This document shows positions 38,188 through 51,262 of a stretch of 64,000 bases of DNA, piece by piece; within the stretch, counting starts at the first letter, position 1, and each line of letters starts with the position of its first letter. This stretch comes from Escherichia coli (GTDB lineage Bacteria > Pseudomonadota > Gammaproteobacteria > Enterobacterales > Enterobacteriaceae): NCBI RefSeq assembly GCF_024223415.1, contig NZ_CP100500.1. One strand, 5' to 3'. Position numbers and translations under genes: made by a program. Under the pieces are notes generated by a model that was given only the letters and a program-made list of their open reading frames with translations, searched no databases and was not told the DNA's origin.

Positions 38188-39819
38188 TTAGTGCTTCACA
38201 ATGTACATATTTCGGGTGTAGGTATTATCCAGCGGATCTTTGCCGGTATAACCACCAACCCACGGTTTCACCAGACGCGCATTCACGTAGTAATAAACAG
38301 GAACAATGGCCGAATCCTTATCCAGCTGTTGTTCTGCTTTAGTGTACAGAGCTGTGCGCTGCGCCTCGTCAGTCACTTTCAGCGTTTCCGCCATAATGCT
38401 GTCAAAGGCCGGGCTCTTATAATGCGCGGTATTCATCGAGCTGTTCGAAAGCATGGTGTTGAGGAAGGAAGTTGGTTCGTTGTAGTCAGCACACCAGCCT
38501 GCACGGGCCACATCATAAGTACCCTGGTGACGGGTGTCGAGGAACGTTTTCCACTCCTGGTTAACCAGTTTGACGTTTACACCAATGTTTTTCTTCCACA
38601 ATGAAGAGGCAGCAATCGCCAGCTTTTTATGCAGATCGGAGGTGTTATACAGCAGGTTGATGGTCAACGGTTTGTCTGCGGTATAACCCGCTTCAGCCAG
38701 CAGTTTTTTCGCTTCTTCGTTACGTTTTTCCTGGCTCCAGCCAAACCATTCCGGCTGAGTCAATTTTGCGCCATCAGTATACGGTGGAGTGTAACCATAG
38801 GCGGGCATGTCGCCCTGCGCTTTCACTTTATTAACAATGATATCGCGGTCCATACCTAGTTTCAGTGCGGTACGCACACGCACATCGTTGAATGGCGGTT
38901 TCTGGTTGTTAATTTCGTAATAGTAAGTGCACAGGTATGGATCAACGTGAACTTCGTCCGGGATCTCTTTTTTCAGCTTCTGGAACAATTCGATCGGCAT
39001 GTTGTTATACGTCATGTCGATTTCACCACTACGGTAGCGGTTGACATCGGTAACTTCAGAAGCAATAGGCAAATAGGTTACCTGGTTAATAACGGTTTTC
39101 GCGTTGTTCCAGTAGGTCGGGCTGCGTTCAAGAACGATTCGTTCGTTTACGACCCAATCTTTTAAGGTATAGGCACCGTTGGTGACGATATTACCAGGCT
39201 GGGTCCATTTTTCGCCGAATTTCTCGATAGCGGCTTTTGGCACCGGTGAAGTTGATGGGTGAACAAGTAATTTATAGAAGTACGGAACGGGTTCACTTAA
39301 GGTGACTTCTAATGTGTGATCATCAATAGCTTTCACGCCGAGATCGGTAATCGGTTTTTTCCCTTCAAGAATTTCATCAATACCGGCGATATGCCCATAT
39401 TGCAGATAACTGGCATACGGAGAAGCAGTGTTCGGATCAACAGAACGTTGCCAGCTATACACAAAGTCTTGTGCTGTGACTGGCGTGCCATCAGACCATT
39501 TCGCATCTTTACGCAAATGGAAGGTCCAGACTTTCGCGTCTTTATTATCCCAGGATTCAGCGACGCCAGGTGCTGGATGACCGTCAAGATCGCTGACCAG
39601 TAAGCCTTCAAACAGGTCTCGGCTGATATTAGACTCCGGAACACCTTCAATTTTGTGCGGATCTAATGACTGAACTTCTGAACCATTGTTACGTACCAGC
39701 GTTTGTTTTTCCGCCAGTGTGACGCCTGCGGGTACATCAGCTGCCAGCGCGACATTCCCTGCCATTAGCGCAGCCAGAACGCCAGCTGCTACTAAACTTC
39801 TCTTGGTGATGTTGGTCAT
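38188..39819 (-). CDS. oppA: Periplasmic oligopeptide-binding protein OppA
   Basis: 543 aa from ATG 39819 (MTNITKRSLVAAGVLAALMAGNVALA). Confidence 0.95.
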   Translation of the reverse strand: MTNITKRSLVAAGVLAALMAGNVALAADVPAGVTLAEKQTLVRNNGSEVQSLDPHKIEGVPESNISRDLFEGLLVSDLDGHPAPGVAESWDNKDAKVWTFHLRKDAKWSDGTPVTAQDFVYSWQRSVDPNTASPYASYLQYGHIAGIDEILEGKKPITDLGVKAIDDHTLEVTLSEPVPYFYKLLVHPSTSPVPKAAIEKFGEKWTQPGNIVTNGAYTLKDWVVNERIVLERSPTYWNNAKTVINQVTYLPIASEVTDVNRYRSGEIDMTYNNMPIELFQKLKKEIPDEVHVDPYLCTYYYEINNQKPPFNDVRVRTALKLGMDRDIIVNKVKAQGDMPAYGYTPPYTDGAKLTQPEWFGWSQEKRNEEAKKLLAEAGYTADKPLTINLLYNTSDLHKKLAIAASSLWKKNIGVNVKLVNQEWKTFLDTRHQGTYDVARAGWCADYNEPTSFLNTMLSNSSMNTAHYKSPAFDSIMAETLKVTDEAQRTALYTKAEQQLDKDSAIVPVYYYVNARLVKPWVGGYTGKDPLDNTYTRNMYIVKH

Positions 39820-40556
39820 TGTTTTTTGGACTCCCTCATTATAATTACTGGTATTAACCAGCATGTGTAATCCCGGATTGGGACCCTGCACAGGCTCGGA
39901 GACTTTCTGCTGTCAGGTTACTTTATCGTTACGGATTGCTATCACCGACTTTATTTATTCTGGTGATTCAGACGATCACCTTATGTCGATTCGTACTGTG
40001 TCTCCCCTGTCGAGACACATTATTCTTTCACGACGCTCTTTAATTGTTAATTATTCTCATTACCAATAAAGAATCGCCTGGCGGTTGCCCGGAAAGTACC
40101 AAATGCGCTTCTTACTCGCCAATACATTTTGCAAAATTGTTAAGCAATTCTCTTTTATTGACCGTATCAGAATCTATAGCTTGCATCCATGTCTTAACAA
40201 ACATCTTTAAATTCAATCAAATAGAGATTTGTTAAGCATGTCTATCTTTTCTGATTACAGTTCCAGTAGTGAAATGCACAATAATTTAACAATTGATTAT
40301 TATTTAGCACTTTCCTCTACCAAAGGCAGTGGAATTACTAATATCATTTCAATTATTCTTCAGCAAGCCCAGGATTATGATGTGGCGAAAATAACATGAT
40401 GGTGAGGAGAAGCAGTTAAGGAAATCCTTATAACTAACTGTAATTTGAGAAGAATATTTTTACCTATTCCTTTTGCTTTTGATAACTGCGCGGGAACAAA
40501 GTAAAAATAATGACGAAGTAAACGGAGCATGGCAGCTCCGTTTCATTTGAAAGGAA

Positions 40557-41204
40557 TTAATTAAGCAGGCCGGGGAAAATCCCCTTAATACCAGTAACGA
40601 TAAATTCAATCCCCAATGCCATCAGCAATAGCCCCATAATACGCGTAATCACGTTGATGCCGGTCTGGCGTAAAACCCGTACCAGCCACGGTGCCATGCG
40701 GAACAATCCCCAACAACATAAAGCGAACAATGCAATAGCCACAAAGAAACCAAACAGATAGCTAATGCTGTGATAACGCGTACCCCAGACGATGGTAGAA
40801 CTGATCGCCCCTGGCCCCGCCATCAACGGCAACGCCAGTGGCACCACACCAATGCTTTCACGTACCGCGGTTTCTGATTTTTCTTGCTTGTTCTGTTTAT
40901 CCTCTCCAAGCTTGCCGCTGATCATCGACATCGCTATCGTCACCACCAGGATGCCCCCGGCGATACGGAACGAATCAATTGATATACCAAAAAGTTGTAG
41001 AATCGTGTCGCCGAGAAAAAGCGAGATCCACAAGATAATGGCCACAGACAGGTTGGCTGTAAGGTTAGTTTTGTTTCGCGCTGCCGCTGTCTGATAACTG
41101 GTCATGCTGATAAAGACGGGAATAATCCCTACCGGGTTGACCAGCGCAAATAACCCGATGAAAAATTTGAAGTAAACGGGAAAATCAAAAAGGGTCTGAA
41201 TCAC
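40557..41204 (-). CDS. ychE: MarC-family membrane protein YchE
   Basis: 215 aa, GTG start; polytopic. Confidence 0.85.
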   Translation of the reverse strand: MIQTLFDFPVYFKFFIGLFALVNPVGIIPVFISMTSYQTAAARNKTNLTANLSVAIILWISLFLGDTILQLFGISIDSFRIAGGILVVTIAMSMISGKLGEDKQNKQEKSETAVRESIGVVPLALPLMAGPGAISSTIVWGTRYHSISYLFGFFVAIALFALCCWGLFRMAPWLVRVLRQTGINVITRIMGLLLMALGIEFIVTGIKGIFPGLLN

Positions 41205-41680
41205 GGTTAGCTCCGAAGCAAAAGCCGGATAATGTTAGCCATAAATAAGGTTGAAAAGACGCGCTGACAATACGCCTTTTGACAGCATTTTTCACCTCCT
41301 AACTACTTAAAATTGCTATCATTCGTTATTGTTATCTAGTTGTGCAAAACATGCTAATGTAGCCACCAAATCATACTACAATTTATTAACTGTTAGCTAT
41401 AATGGCGAAAAGCGATGCTGAAAGGTGTCAGCTTTGCAAAAATTTGATTTGGATCACGTAATCAGTACCCAGAAGTGAGTAATCTTGCTTACGCCACCTG
41501 GAAGTGACGCATTAGAGATAATAACTCTAATGTTTAAACTCTTTTAGTAAATCACAGTGAGTGTGAGCGCGAGTAAGCTTTTGATTTTCATCGGTTAAGC
41601 AAATCATCACCGCACTGACTATACTCTCGTATTCGAGCAGATGATTTACTAAAAAAGTTTAACATTATCAGGAGAGCATT

Positions 41681-44356
41681 ATGGCTGTTACTAATGTCGC
41701 TGAACTTAACGCACTCGTAGAGCGTGTAAAAAAAGCCCAGCGTGAATATGCCAGTTTCACTCAAGAGCAAGTAGACAAAATCTTCCGCGCCGCCGCTCTG
41801 GCTGCTGCAGATGCTCGAATCCCACTCGCGAAAATGGCCGTTGCCGAATCCGGCATGGGTATCGTCGAAGATAAAGTGATCAAAAACCACTTTGCTTCTG
41901 AATATATCTACAACGCCTATAAAGATGAAAAAACCTGTGGTGTTCTGTCTGAAGACGACACTTTTGGTACCATCACTATCGCTGAACCAATCGGTATTAT
42001 TTGCGGTATCGTTCCGACCACTAACCCGACTTCAACTGCTATCTTCAAATCGCTGATCAGCCTGAAGACCCGTAACGCCATTATCTTCTCCCCGCACCCG
42101 CGTGCAAAAGATGCCACCAACAAAGCGGCTGATATCGTTCTGCAGGCTGCTATCGCTGCCGGTGCTCCGAAAGATCTGATCGGCTGGATCGATCAACCTT
42201 CTGTTGAACTGTCTAACGCACTGATGCACCACCCAGACATCAACCTGATCCTCGCGACTGGTGGTCCGGGCATGGTTAAAGCCGCATACAGCTCCGGTAA
42301 ACCAGCTATCGGTGTAGGCGCGGGTAACACTCCAGTTGTTATTGATGAAACTGCTGATATCAAACGTGCAGTTGCATCTGTACTGATGTCCAAAACCTTC
42401 GACAACGGCGTAATCTGTGCTTCTGAACAGTCTGTTGTTGTTGTTGACTCTGTTTATGACGCAGTACGTGAACGTTTCGCAACCCACGGCGGCTATCTAT
42501 TGCAGGGTAAAGAGCTGAAAGCTGTTCAGGACGTTATCCTGAAAAACGGTGCGCTGAACGCGGCTATCGTAGGTCAGCCAGCCTATAAAATTGCTGAACT
42601 GGCAGGCTTCTCTGTACCAGAAAACACCAAGATTCTGATCGGTGAAGTGACCGTTGTTGATGAAAGCGAACCGTTCGCACATGAAAAACTGTCCCCGACT
42701 CTGGCAATGTACCGCGCTAAAGATTTCGAAGACGCGGTAGAAAAAGCAGAGAAACTGGTTGCTATGGGTGGTATCGGTCATACCTCTTGCCTGTACACTG
42801 ACCAGGATAACCAACCGGCTCGCGTTTCTTACTTCGGTCAGAAAATGAAAACGGCTCGTATCCTGATTAACACCCCGGCTTCTCAGGGTGGTATCGGTGA
42901 CCTGTATAACTTCAAACTCGCACCTTCCCTGACTCTGGGTTGTGGTTCCTGGGGTGGTAACTCCATCTCTGAAAACGTTGGTCCGAAACACCTGATCAAC
43001 AAGAAAACCGTTGCTAAGCGAGCTGAAAACATGTTGTGGCACAAACTTCCGAAATCTATCTACTTCCGCCGTGGCTCCCTGCCAATCGCGCTGGATGAAG
43101 TGATTACTGATGGCCACAAACGTGCGCTCATCGTGACTGACCGCTTCCTGTTCAACAATGGTTATGCTGATCAGATCACTTCCGTACTGAAAGCAGCAGG
43201 CGTTGAAACTGAAGTCTTCTTCGAAGTAGAAGCGGACCCGACCCTGAGCATCGTTCGTAAAGGTGCAGAACTGGCAAACTCCTTCAAACCAGACGTGATT
43301 ATCGCGCTGGGTGGTGGTTCCCCGATGGACGCCGCGAAGATCATGTGGGTTATGTACGAACATCCGGAAACTCACTTCGAAGAGCTGGCGCTGCGCTTTA
43401 TGGATATCCGTAAACGTATCTACAAGTTCCCGAAAATGGGCGTGAAAGCGAAAATGATTGCTGTCACCACTACTTCTGGTACAGGTTCTGAAGTCACTCC
43501 GTTTGCGGTTGTAACTGACGACGCTACTGGTCAGAAATACCCGCTGGCGGACTATGCGCTGACCCCGGATATGGCGATTGTCGACGCCAACCTGGTTATG
43601 GACATGCCGAAGTCCCTGTGTGCTTTCGGTGGTCTGGACGCAGTAACTCACGCCATGGAAGCTTATGTTTCTGTACTGGCATCTGAGTTCTCTGATGGTC
43701 AGGCTCTGCAGGCACTGAAACTGCTGAAAGAATATCTGCCAGCGTCCTACCACGAAGGGTCTAAAAATCCGGTAGCGCGTGAACGTGTTCACAGTGCAGC
43801 GACTATCGCGGGTATCGCGTTTGCGAACGCCTTCCTGGGTGTATGTCACTCAATGGCGCACAAACTGGGTTCCCAGTTCCATATTCCGCACGGTCTGGCA
43901 AACGCCCTGCTGATTTGTAACGTTATTCGCTACAATGCGAACGACAACCCGACCAAGCAGACTGCATTCAGCCAGTATGACCGTCCGCAGGCTCGCCGTC
44001 GTTATGCTGAAATTGCCGACCACCTGGGTCTGAGCGCACCGGGCGACCGTACTGCTGCTAAGATCGAGAAACTGCTGGCATGGCTGGAAACGCTGAAGGC
44101 TGAACTGGGTATTCCGAAATCTATCCGTGAAGCTGGCGTTCAGGAAGCAGACTTCCTGGCGAACGTGGATAAACTGTCTGAAGATGCATTCGATGACCAG
44201 TGCACTGGCGCTAACCCGCGTTACCCGCTGATCTCCGAGCTGAAACAGATTCTGCTGGATACCTACTACGGTCGTGATTATGTAGAAGGTGAAACTGCAG
44301 CGAAAAAAGAAGCCGCTCCGGCTAAAGCTGAGAAAAAAGCGAAAAAATCCGCTTAA
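41681..44356 (+). CDS. adhE: Bifunctional aldehyde/alcohol dehydrogenase AdhE
   Basis: 891 aa; [26 protein letters not shown]. Confidence 0.97.
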
Positions 44357-44382
44357 TCAGTAGCGCTGTCTGGCAACATAAA

Positions 44383-44408
44383 CGGCCCCTTCTGGGGCCG
44401 TTTTTTTG
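44383..44408 (+). terminator. adhE rho-independent terminator
   Basis: CGGCCCC-TTCT-GGGGCCG hairpin followed by TTTTTTT. Confidence 0.65.
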
Positions 44409-44656
44409 TTTACCCAAAGTAACTTTTCCATAAACCGACAGCATTAGCCTTCATCATATTTGCGACGATGTATAACGCCTAAACACAGGGATAGTGTACT
44501 TTACAGGTCACAAGTCAACGTCGGTGCTTAAGAGCCCTGTGAGGCGTATAGCGGCGTTAAAAACTGCCGAGAAGGGTGTATAGCCCGGAAGAAGTGCGTA
44601 AAACGAACTGACAGGATAAAAGTGCCCTGCTCACCCTGTCAGTAAAGAAATTCTTA

Positions 44657-45274
44657 TTAATCGTGGCGATGCCTTTCCTGAATAGCCGTTAATGAGCCGA
44701 CTTGTAACGCCTCTTTATAGTGTTTACGGCATACAGAAACGTATCGTTCATTACCACCAATAACCACCTGCTCACCTTCGTTATAAGGTCTGCCTGCTTG
44801 ATCAAGACGCAGCACCATGCTTGCTTTACGGCCACAAAAACAGATGGTTTTTAATTCAACCAGTTTGTCGGACCATGCCAGTAAGTATTGGCTGCCAATA
44901 AATAATTCACCTCGAAAATCGGTACGTAAACCATAACAAAGTACGGGTATATCGAGTTGATCGACAACCTCCGATAATTCATATACTTGTTGTCTGGTTA
45001 AAAACTGGCATTCATCAACCAGTACGCAATGAATTGCCTGCTGTTCATGTTCCGCACGAATCTCATCAAATAATGATGAATTTTGGTTAAATAATTTTGC
45101 AGGCGATGACAAACCTATACGCGAACTGACTTTCCCGGCACCAAAGCGATCATCAATTTCTGCCGTATATACGACAGTGCGCATGCCGCGTTCCTGGTAA
45201 TTGTATGAAGATTGCAACAATGCTGTAGACTTACCCGCATTCATTGCGGAATAGTAGAAATATAGCTGTGCCAT
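44657..45274 (-). CDS. tdk: Thymidine kinase
   Basis: 205 aa; [20 protein letters not shown]. Confidence 0.95.
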   Translation of the reverse strand: MAQLYFYYSAMNAGKSTALLQSSYNYQERGMRTVVYTAEIDDRFGAGKVSSRIGLSSPAKLFNQNSSLFDEIRAEHEQQAIHCVLVDECQFLTRQQVYELSEVVDQLDIPVLCYGLRTDFRGELFIGSQYLLAWSDKLVELKTICFCGRKASMVLRLDQAGRPYNEGEQVVIGGNERYVSVCRKHYKEALQVGSLTAIQERHRHD

Positions 45275-45877
45275 CAGCCACAGGCCCTCAATGATATGAA
45301 ATAAAGTTGGCTGGAGTTTATCATAATTCGTCAGTTTTTCAGCTCAACAGTATGCACAGAAGTGGTATATGCGTTCTCCCTTACGAAGCCTTGCATAATC
45401 CTTCTGAGCTATCATTACAACTGCCTCGCTTGTTATAAGCGGGTAAATGACTGCTGGTAACTATTCACAATCTTTAACCTGTTGCGCAAGTAATAGCCCT
45501 CTGTTGACCTCCAGGAGATAGTGCAATACTAAGTCCCTGCTCTTATTGCGACTGTTCTACTTTTCATCATTCGCTTAATAGGGAATTCTCGTAAACACGA
45601 CTAATACAGAAGACTGAAAGGTCGTCAGCCTACGATAATCTCCCCATAAAATGTGACATGAATCAGGAAGTTTTAACCTCACGTGCTGCGAAATCATCGG
45701 TACAAATAGGGCTATATGCCGCGTCTTTTCTGGCTAATTTTATGAAAAGATATTTATTGGCGGCACAAAATAAAGAACAATTTTGAATTCCTTACATTCC
45801 TGGCTATTGCACAACTGAATTTAAGGCTCTATTATTACCTCAACAAACCACCCCAATATAAGTTTGAGATTACTACA

Positions 45878-46291
45878 ATGAGCGAAGCACTTAAAATTCT
45901 GAACAACATCCGTACTCTTCGTGCGCAGGCAAGAGAATGTACACTTGAAACGCTGGAAGAAATGCTGGAAAAATTAGAAGTTGTTGTTAACGAACGTCGC
46001 GAAGAAGAAAGCGCGGCTGCTGCTGAAGTTGAAGAGCGCACTCGTAAACTGCAGCAATATCGCGAAATGCTGATCGCTGACGGTATTGACCCGAACGAGC
46101 TGCTGAATAGCCTTGCCGCCGTTAAATCTGGCACCAAAGCTAAACGTGCTCAGCGTCCGGCAAAATATAGCTACGTTGACGAAAACGGCGAAACTAAAAC
46201 CTGGACTGGCCAGGGCCGTACTCCAGCTGTAATCAAAAAAGCAATGGATGAGCAAGGTAAATCCCTCGACGATTTCCTGATCAAGCAATAA
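45878..46291 (+). CDS. hns: Nucleoid protein H-NS
   Basis: 137 aa; [20 protein letters not shown]. Confidence 0.97.
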
Positions 46292-46315
46292 TCTTTTGTA
46301 GATTGCACTTGCTTA

Positions 46316-46343
46316 AAATCCCGCCATCGGCGGGATTTTTTAT
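46316..46343 (+). terminator. hns rho-independent terminator
   Basis: AAATCCCGCC-ATC-GGCGGGATTT hairpin followed by T-run. Confidence 0.65.
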
Positions 46344-46434
46344 TGTCCGGTTTAAGACAATTTAATAAGAATAAGCTATAAAAAAACGGCGTCGATTGCT
46401 CAACGCCGTTTCGTGGATAACACCGATACGGATG

Positions 46435-47343
46435 TTACTTCTTAATGCCCATCTCTTCTTCAAGCCAGGCTTTAAATTCCGTGCCAAGGGTGTTATGACG
46501 AATACCGTATTCAACGAAGGCCTGCATGTAACCTAATTTATTACCGCAGTCATGGCTCTTCCCTTTCATATGATAGGCTTCAACCGTTTCTTTTTCGATT
46601 AGCATATCAATTGCGTCGGTGAGCTGAATTTCATCACCAGCTCCCGGAGGGGTTTTTGCCAGCAACGGCCAAATATCCGCACTAAGTACGTAACGACCCA
46701 CAATAGCGAGATTAGACGGCGCAACATCCGCTTTTGGTTTTTCAACCACGCCAACCATCGGTACGCTTTCACCCGGCGCTAATTCAACGCCTTTGCAATC
46801 CACAACGCCATATGCGGTCACATCAGCAACCGGTTCAACCATGATCTGGCTATGACCCGTTTCATCGAAGCGGCGGATCATCTCTGCCAGGTTATCCTGT
46901 GACAAATCGGATTCATATTCATCCAGAATAACGTCAGGCAAAATAACAGCCACAGGTTCATCACCCACTACCGGGTGAGCACACAATACAGCGTGTCCCA
47001 GGCCTTTCGCCAGCCCTTGACGAACTTGCATAATAGTCACGTGCGGCGGACAAATAGACTGCACTTCATCAAGCAGTTGACGTTTTACACGTTTTTCCAG
47101 CATTGCTTCCAGTTCGAAACTGGTATCAAAGTGGTTTTCAATAGAGTTTTTAGATGAGTGTGTAACCAGCACAATTTCAGTAATGCCAGCCGCAATACAT
47201 TCATTCACGACGTATTGAATTAATGGCTTATCGACAAGTGGCAGCATCTCTTTCGGGATGGCTTTCGTCGCCGGCAACATCCTGGTTCCTAATCCCGCAA
47301 CGGGGATAACGGCTTTTTTGACTTTCGTATTAATGGCAGCCAT
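46435..47343 (-). CDS. galU: UTP-glucose-1-phosphate uridylyltransferase GalU
   Basis: 302 aa; [33 protein letters not shown]. Confidence 0.95.
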
Positions 47344-47544
47344 TTAAATTCTCCTGGACTGTTCGTGTTTTGAACGTGTTCATATTTCTGTATCGCATCC
47401 CAGTATATCAGCACCCCGGAGGGGCTAAGTTCTGAAAAGGATGCGAGTTAGCATAATTAAGACAATTACTTATACGAATGGCGACGATAGTACCACCAGC
47501 CGACATTAGCTGGTAATGCAAATTTAGCCCGCGTTATCGTTTGC

Positions 47545-48558
47545 TCATTCTGCAGACAACATCAAGCGCAGCCGACCACCGGTTCCCCATATTTGGCATT
47601 GCCAGGCATCGCATCGCTGGCTCAATTGATTCAAATAAGCGTTACCTAAAGTGCCTAACGGAACACCATTACTGATTTGCACCTGGTGTTCGCCGGTATT
47701 TAACGTCGCATTCAGACCCGCAGAAACCAGAATGAGATTTTTCAGTTCGCGATGATAATAGCCAACTAATAGCGGAAACTGCCCCGGCAGATTGGCCTGA
47801 CGGAGTAAATGGTTTACCTGCTTCAATAACGCGCCCAACTCTGGCAACCATTGATTTTGGTGTGCAAGCTGTTCCTGTAATAATCCGTTAAACAATGCGC
47901 GTAATAACAAGGCAGCAAGTACGCCATTATGTCCAGCTCGGGTGACATCAAGGCAATAAAATGCCAGATCGTTTTCCGAAAGTGCGGCAATATCAAGCAC
48001 CAGGCCGGGTTTGTCCGCGGCAACCAATTGACGATAATTAACCCGGCATTGGGAAATCACCTGCTGAACTGGCGGTTGTAGTTCCTGTAATAATTTCGCC
48101 GCTGCAGCAGGGTTATCAACCATTGCATCCCAGTCGCGAAAAAGCCTTTCCTCTTCCTCAACGCGGGAATTAAACATGCTGGGATAGAGACAGGCAAAAA
48201 CCATCTCGCGCAAGCGATTCAGATCTTTAACCGGTTTCAGCAAAACATCTTCAACGCCCAGACGTAACGCTTTGGCAATATCTGCCATATTTTCAGTGGC
48301 AGATATCACCAGAACTGGTGTCTGGTCACCTCTGTTGCGTATATGTTCCAGCAGTTTAAGCCCGTTCATTCGTGGCATCGCGATATCACATATCATCAGG
48401 TCTGGAGTGAAACCTCCCAGCAACTCAAGGGCATCCACCCCATCAGCCGCCAGTACCGTTGTCGCTCCCAATGAGGAAAACCACGAATCCAGAAGCGAGC
48501 GAAATACCTGCTCATCTTCAACAATGAGAATCTGTTTTCCGACCAATGGCTGCGTCAT
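47545..48558 (-). CDS. rssB: RpoS-degradation adaptor / response regulator RssB
   Basis: 337 aa; receiver domain; conserved synteny with rssA. Confidence 0.95.
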   Translation of the reverse strand: MTQPLVGKQILIVEDEQVFRSLLDSWFSSLGATTVLAADGVDALELLGGFTPDLMICDIAMPRMNGLKLLEHIRNRGDQTPVLVISATENMADIAKALRLGVEDVLLKPVKDLNRLREMVFACLYPSMFNSRVEEEERLFRDWDAMVDNPAAAAKLLQELQPPVQQVISQCRVNYRQLVAADKPGLVLDIAALSENDLAFYCLDVTRAGHNGVLAALLLRALFNGLLQEQLAHQNQWLPELGALLKQVNHLLRQANLPGQFPLLVGYYHRELKNLILVSAGLNATLNTGEHQVQISNGVPLGTLGNAYLNQLSQRCDAWQCQIWGTGGRLRLMLSAE

Positions 48559-48649
48559 GTTCTCTCCCCTGACTGGCTTTACTCAATAGTGGCATGCTAT
48601 TGCCACCTGCGCCTGTCAGAATTAACTTAAGTGTAGATAAAAATTCTGG

Positions 48650-49555
48650 TCAAATGTTGGTGCGTACCAACGGCAAAAGTTCGTCCATTTTCTTTTCCAC
48701 TGCCAGCTGCCCGGCCGCAATGGCAGCGTGCGCGCGATGGAAATCAAGCGTAGATATTTGCGGGCAAACAGGTTGAATCAGAATATCGGGCGGATCACCT
48801 GCCATGCGGTTCCTTTTAAGGCGGTTCTCCAGCACCTGGATAGAAGTGGTCATAATCTCTGTTGCCGTTGGTGCTGTCACCGCCCGACGTGTCGTTATGC
48901 TGCCTAACCTTTCTTTCAGACGCGCATGCCACGGCAGAGAATCACCATTCTCGCTATTTTCTTCACTGACATTAAAGGAGAGCAAATCTTGTTGCATCAA
49001 ATGAGCATCGTGCTGCAGGTCGACCGCTATCACAATATCAGCACCCAATGCACGCGTGAGCGAAATAGGAATTGGGTTAACGACTGCCCCATCAACCAGC
49101 CAGTAGCCGTTATGCGCAACGGGTGCCATGAGTCCTGGAATACTGCATGATGCGCGAATAGCAAGATGGAGATCGCCTTCAGTAAACCATAATTCACGCC
49201 CAGTACTTAAATTGGTGGCAACAGCCGCGAAGCGACGGGAACAATTTTCGATCTCTGTTTCCGGCATTATTTCGCGGTATTGATTGAAGACACGCTCGCC
49301 GCGCAGTAACCCACCGCGCTGCCAGGAGAGATCCATCAGGCGTAAAACATCCCAATAACTGAAAGAGGTTACCCAATCTTCCAGCGCAGATAATCGATCG
49401 CATGCATAGGCCGCGCCCACCAGCGAACCAATTGAACATCCTGCAACGATATCAATTTCAATACCCACTTTTTTTAGCGCATTAATAACGCCAATATGCG
49501 ACCAACCTCTCGCCGCGCCAGATCCTAGCGCCAGCCCTATTTTTATCTTTCTCAT
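48650..49555 (-). CDS. rssA: Patatin-like phospholipase RssA
   Basis: 301 aa from ATG 49555 (MRKIKIGLALGSGAARGW). Confidence 0.9.
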   Translation of the reverse strand: MRKIKIGLALGSGAARGWSHIGVINALKKVGIEIDIVAGCSIGSLVGAAYACDRLSALEDWVTSFSYWDVLRLMDLSWQRGGLLRGERVFNQYREIMPETEIENCSRRFAAVATNLSTGRELWFTEGDLHLAIRASCSIPGLMAPVAHNGYWLVDGAVVNPIPISLTRALGADIVIAVDLQHDAHLMQQDLLSFNVSEENSENGDSLPWHARLKERLGSITTRRAVTAPTATEIMTTSIQVLENRLKRNRMAGDPPDILIQPVCPQISTLDFHRAHAAIAAGQLAVEKKMDELLPLVRTNI

Positions 49556-49667
49556 TATTCCCGCAAGATTCCCCTGGAATGCAATCGTAGCCACATCGCT
49601 ACTGCTCGGTTAACATAGTGCTACTCAGGCGGTTAATACGCCGTTATTGTTTCCAGGGAGATTATTT

Positions 49668-50126
49668 GTGTCTCAGCTTTGTCCCTGTGGTAGTGCTGTC
49701 GAGTATAGCCTATGTTGCCACCCTTATGTGTCTGGTGAAAAGGTTGCACCTGATCCAGAACATCTCATGCGTTCGCGTTACTGCGCTTTTGTGATGCAAG
49801 ACGCAGATTATTTAATAAAGACCTGGCATCCATCTTGTGGAGCAGCGGCGTTACGTGCCGAATTGATTGCCGGATTTGCGCATACTGAATGGTTGGGATT
49901 GACCGTATTTGAACATTGTTGGCAGGACGCCGACAATATCGGATTTGTCAGTTTTGTTGCTCGATTTACCGAAGGTGGCAAAACAGGTGCAATAATTGAA
50001 CGTTCGCGATTTTTGAAAGAAAACGGTCAATGGTACTATATTGACGGTACACGTCCGCAGTTTGGCCGCAACGATCCCTGCCCTTGTGGTTCAGGTAAAA
50101 AATTTAAAAAGTGCTGCGGCCAATAA
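49668..50126 (+). CDS. ychJ: YchJ (SEC-C motif protein)
   Basis: GTG at 49668 with GGGAG RBS; CPCGSG...KKCCG motifs at both ends. Confidence 0.85.
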   Translation: MSQLCPCGSAVEYSLCCHPYVSGEKVAPDPEHLMRSRYCAFVMQDADYLIKTWHPSCGAAALRAELIAGFAHTEWLGLTVFEHCWQDADNIGFVSFVARFTEGGKTGAIIERSRFLKENGQWYYIDGTRPQFGRNDPCPCGSGKKFKKCCGQ

Positions 50127-50175
50127 TGGTTGACGGTACGGTTTAGCAAACACTCTCAACAAGGTTTTTCCAGCA

Positions 50176-51018
50176 ATGCATTCACTCCAACGTAAAGTTT
50201 TGCGTACTATTTGTCCGGACCAAAAAGGTCTGATCGCACGTATTACCAATATTTGCTACAAGCACGAGTTAAATATCGTACAGAACAATGAATTTGTTGA
50301 TCACCGTACCGGGCGCTTTTTTATGCGCACGGAACTGGAAGGGATTTTTAATGATTCCACCCTGCTGGCGGATCTCGATAGCGCATTGCCAGAAGGCTCC
50401 GTGCGTGAGCTGAATCCTGCCGGTCGTCGCCGGATAGTGATTCTGGTCACTAAAGAAGCGCATTGCCTTGGCGATTTGTTGATGAAAGCCAATTATGGCG
50501 GCCTGGATGTCGAAATCGCGGCAGTGATTGGTAACCACGATACTTTACGTTCTCTGGTTGAGCGTTTTGATATACCGTTTGAGCTGGTAAGCCATGAAGG
50601 GTTAAGCCGCAACGAGCACGATCAAAAGATGGCGGATGCCATTGATGCTTATCAACCTGACTACGTGGTGCTGGCGAAGTATATGCGGGTATTAACACCG
50701 GAATTTGTGTCACGCTTCCCGAATAAGATCATCAATATTCACCATTCCTTCCTGCCAGCGTTTATCGGCGCACGTCCTTATCACCAGGCCTATGAACGTG
50801 GCGTGAAGATTATTGGCGCAACCGCTCACTATGTGAATGACAATCTGGACGAAGGCCCAATCATCATGCAGGACGTTATTCATGTCGATCATACCTACAC
50901 AGCTGAAGATATGATGCGCGCAGGTCGTGACGTCGAGAAAAACGTCTTAAGTCGTGCGCTTTACAAAGTACTGGCGCAGCGCGTCTTTGTTTACGGTAAT
51001 CGGACGATTATTCTTTAA
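50176..51018 (+). CDS. purU: Formyltetrahydrofolate deformylase PurU
   Basis: 280 aa; ACT domain plus formyltransferase domain. Confidence 0.95.
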   Translation: MHSLQRKVLRTICPDQKGLIARITNICYKHELNIVQNNEFVDHRTGRFFMRTELEGIFNDSTLLADLDSALPEGSVRELNPAGRRRIVILVTKEAHCLGDLLMKANYGGLDVEIAAVIGNHDTLRSLVERFDIPFELVSHEGLSRNEHDQKMADAIDAYQPDYVVLAKYMRVLTPEFVSRFPNKIINIHHSFLPAFIGARPYHQAYERGVKIIGATAHYVNDNLDEGPIIMQDVIHVDHTYTAEDMMRAGRDVEKNVLSRALYKVLAQRVFVYGNRTIIL

Positions 51019-51099
51019 TCGCCAGCAAAAATAACTGGTTACCTTTAATCCGTTACGGATGAAAATTACGCAACCAGTTCATTTTTCTCAACGTAACAC

Positions 51100-51127
51100 T
51101 TTACAGCGGCGCGTCATTTGATATGAT
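51100..51127 (+). promoter_or_regulatory. tyrT promoter (-35 TTTACA 51100-51105, -10 TATGAT 51122-51127, GC-rich discriminator)
   Basis: TTTACAGCGGCGCGTCATTTGATATGATGCGCCCCGCTTCCCGATAAGGG matches classic tyrT promoter. Confidence 0.75.
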
Positions 51128-51177
51128 GCGCCCCGCTTCCCGATAAGGGAGCAGGCCAGTAAAAAGCATTACCCCGT

Positions 51178-51262
<85 letters not shown>

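Noticed and set aside
42497-43849. Minus-strand 450-aa ORF inside adhE
   Set aside because: Antisense to adhE; no protein-like features.
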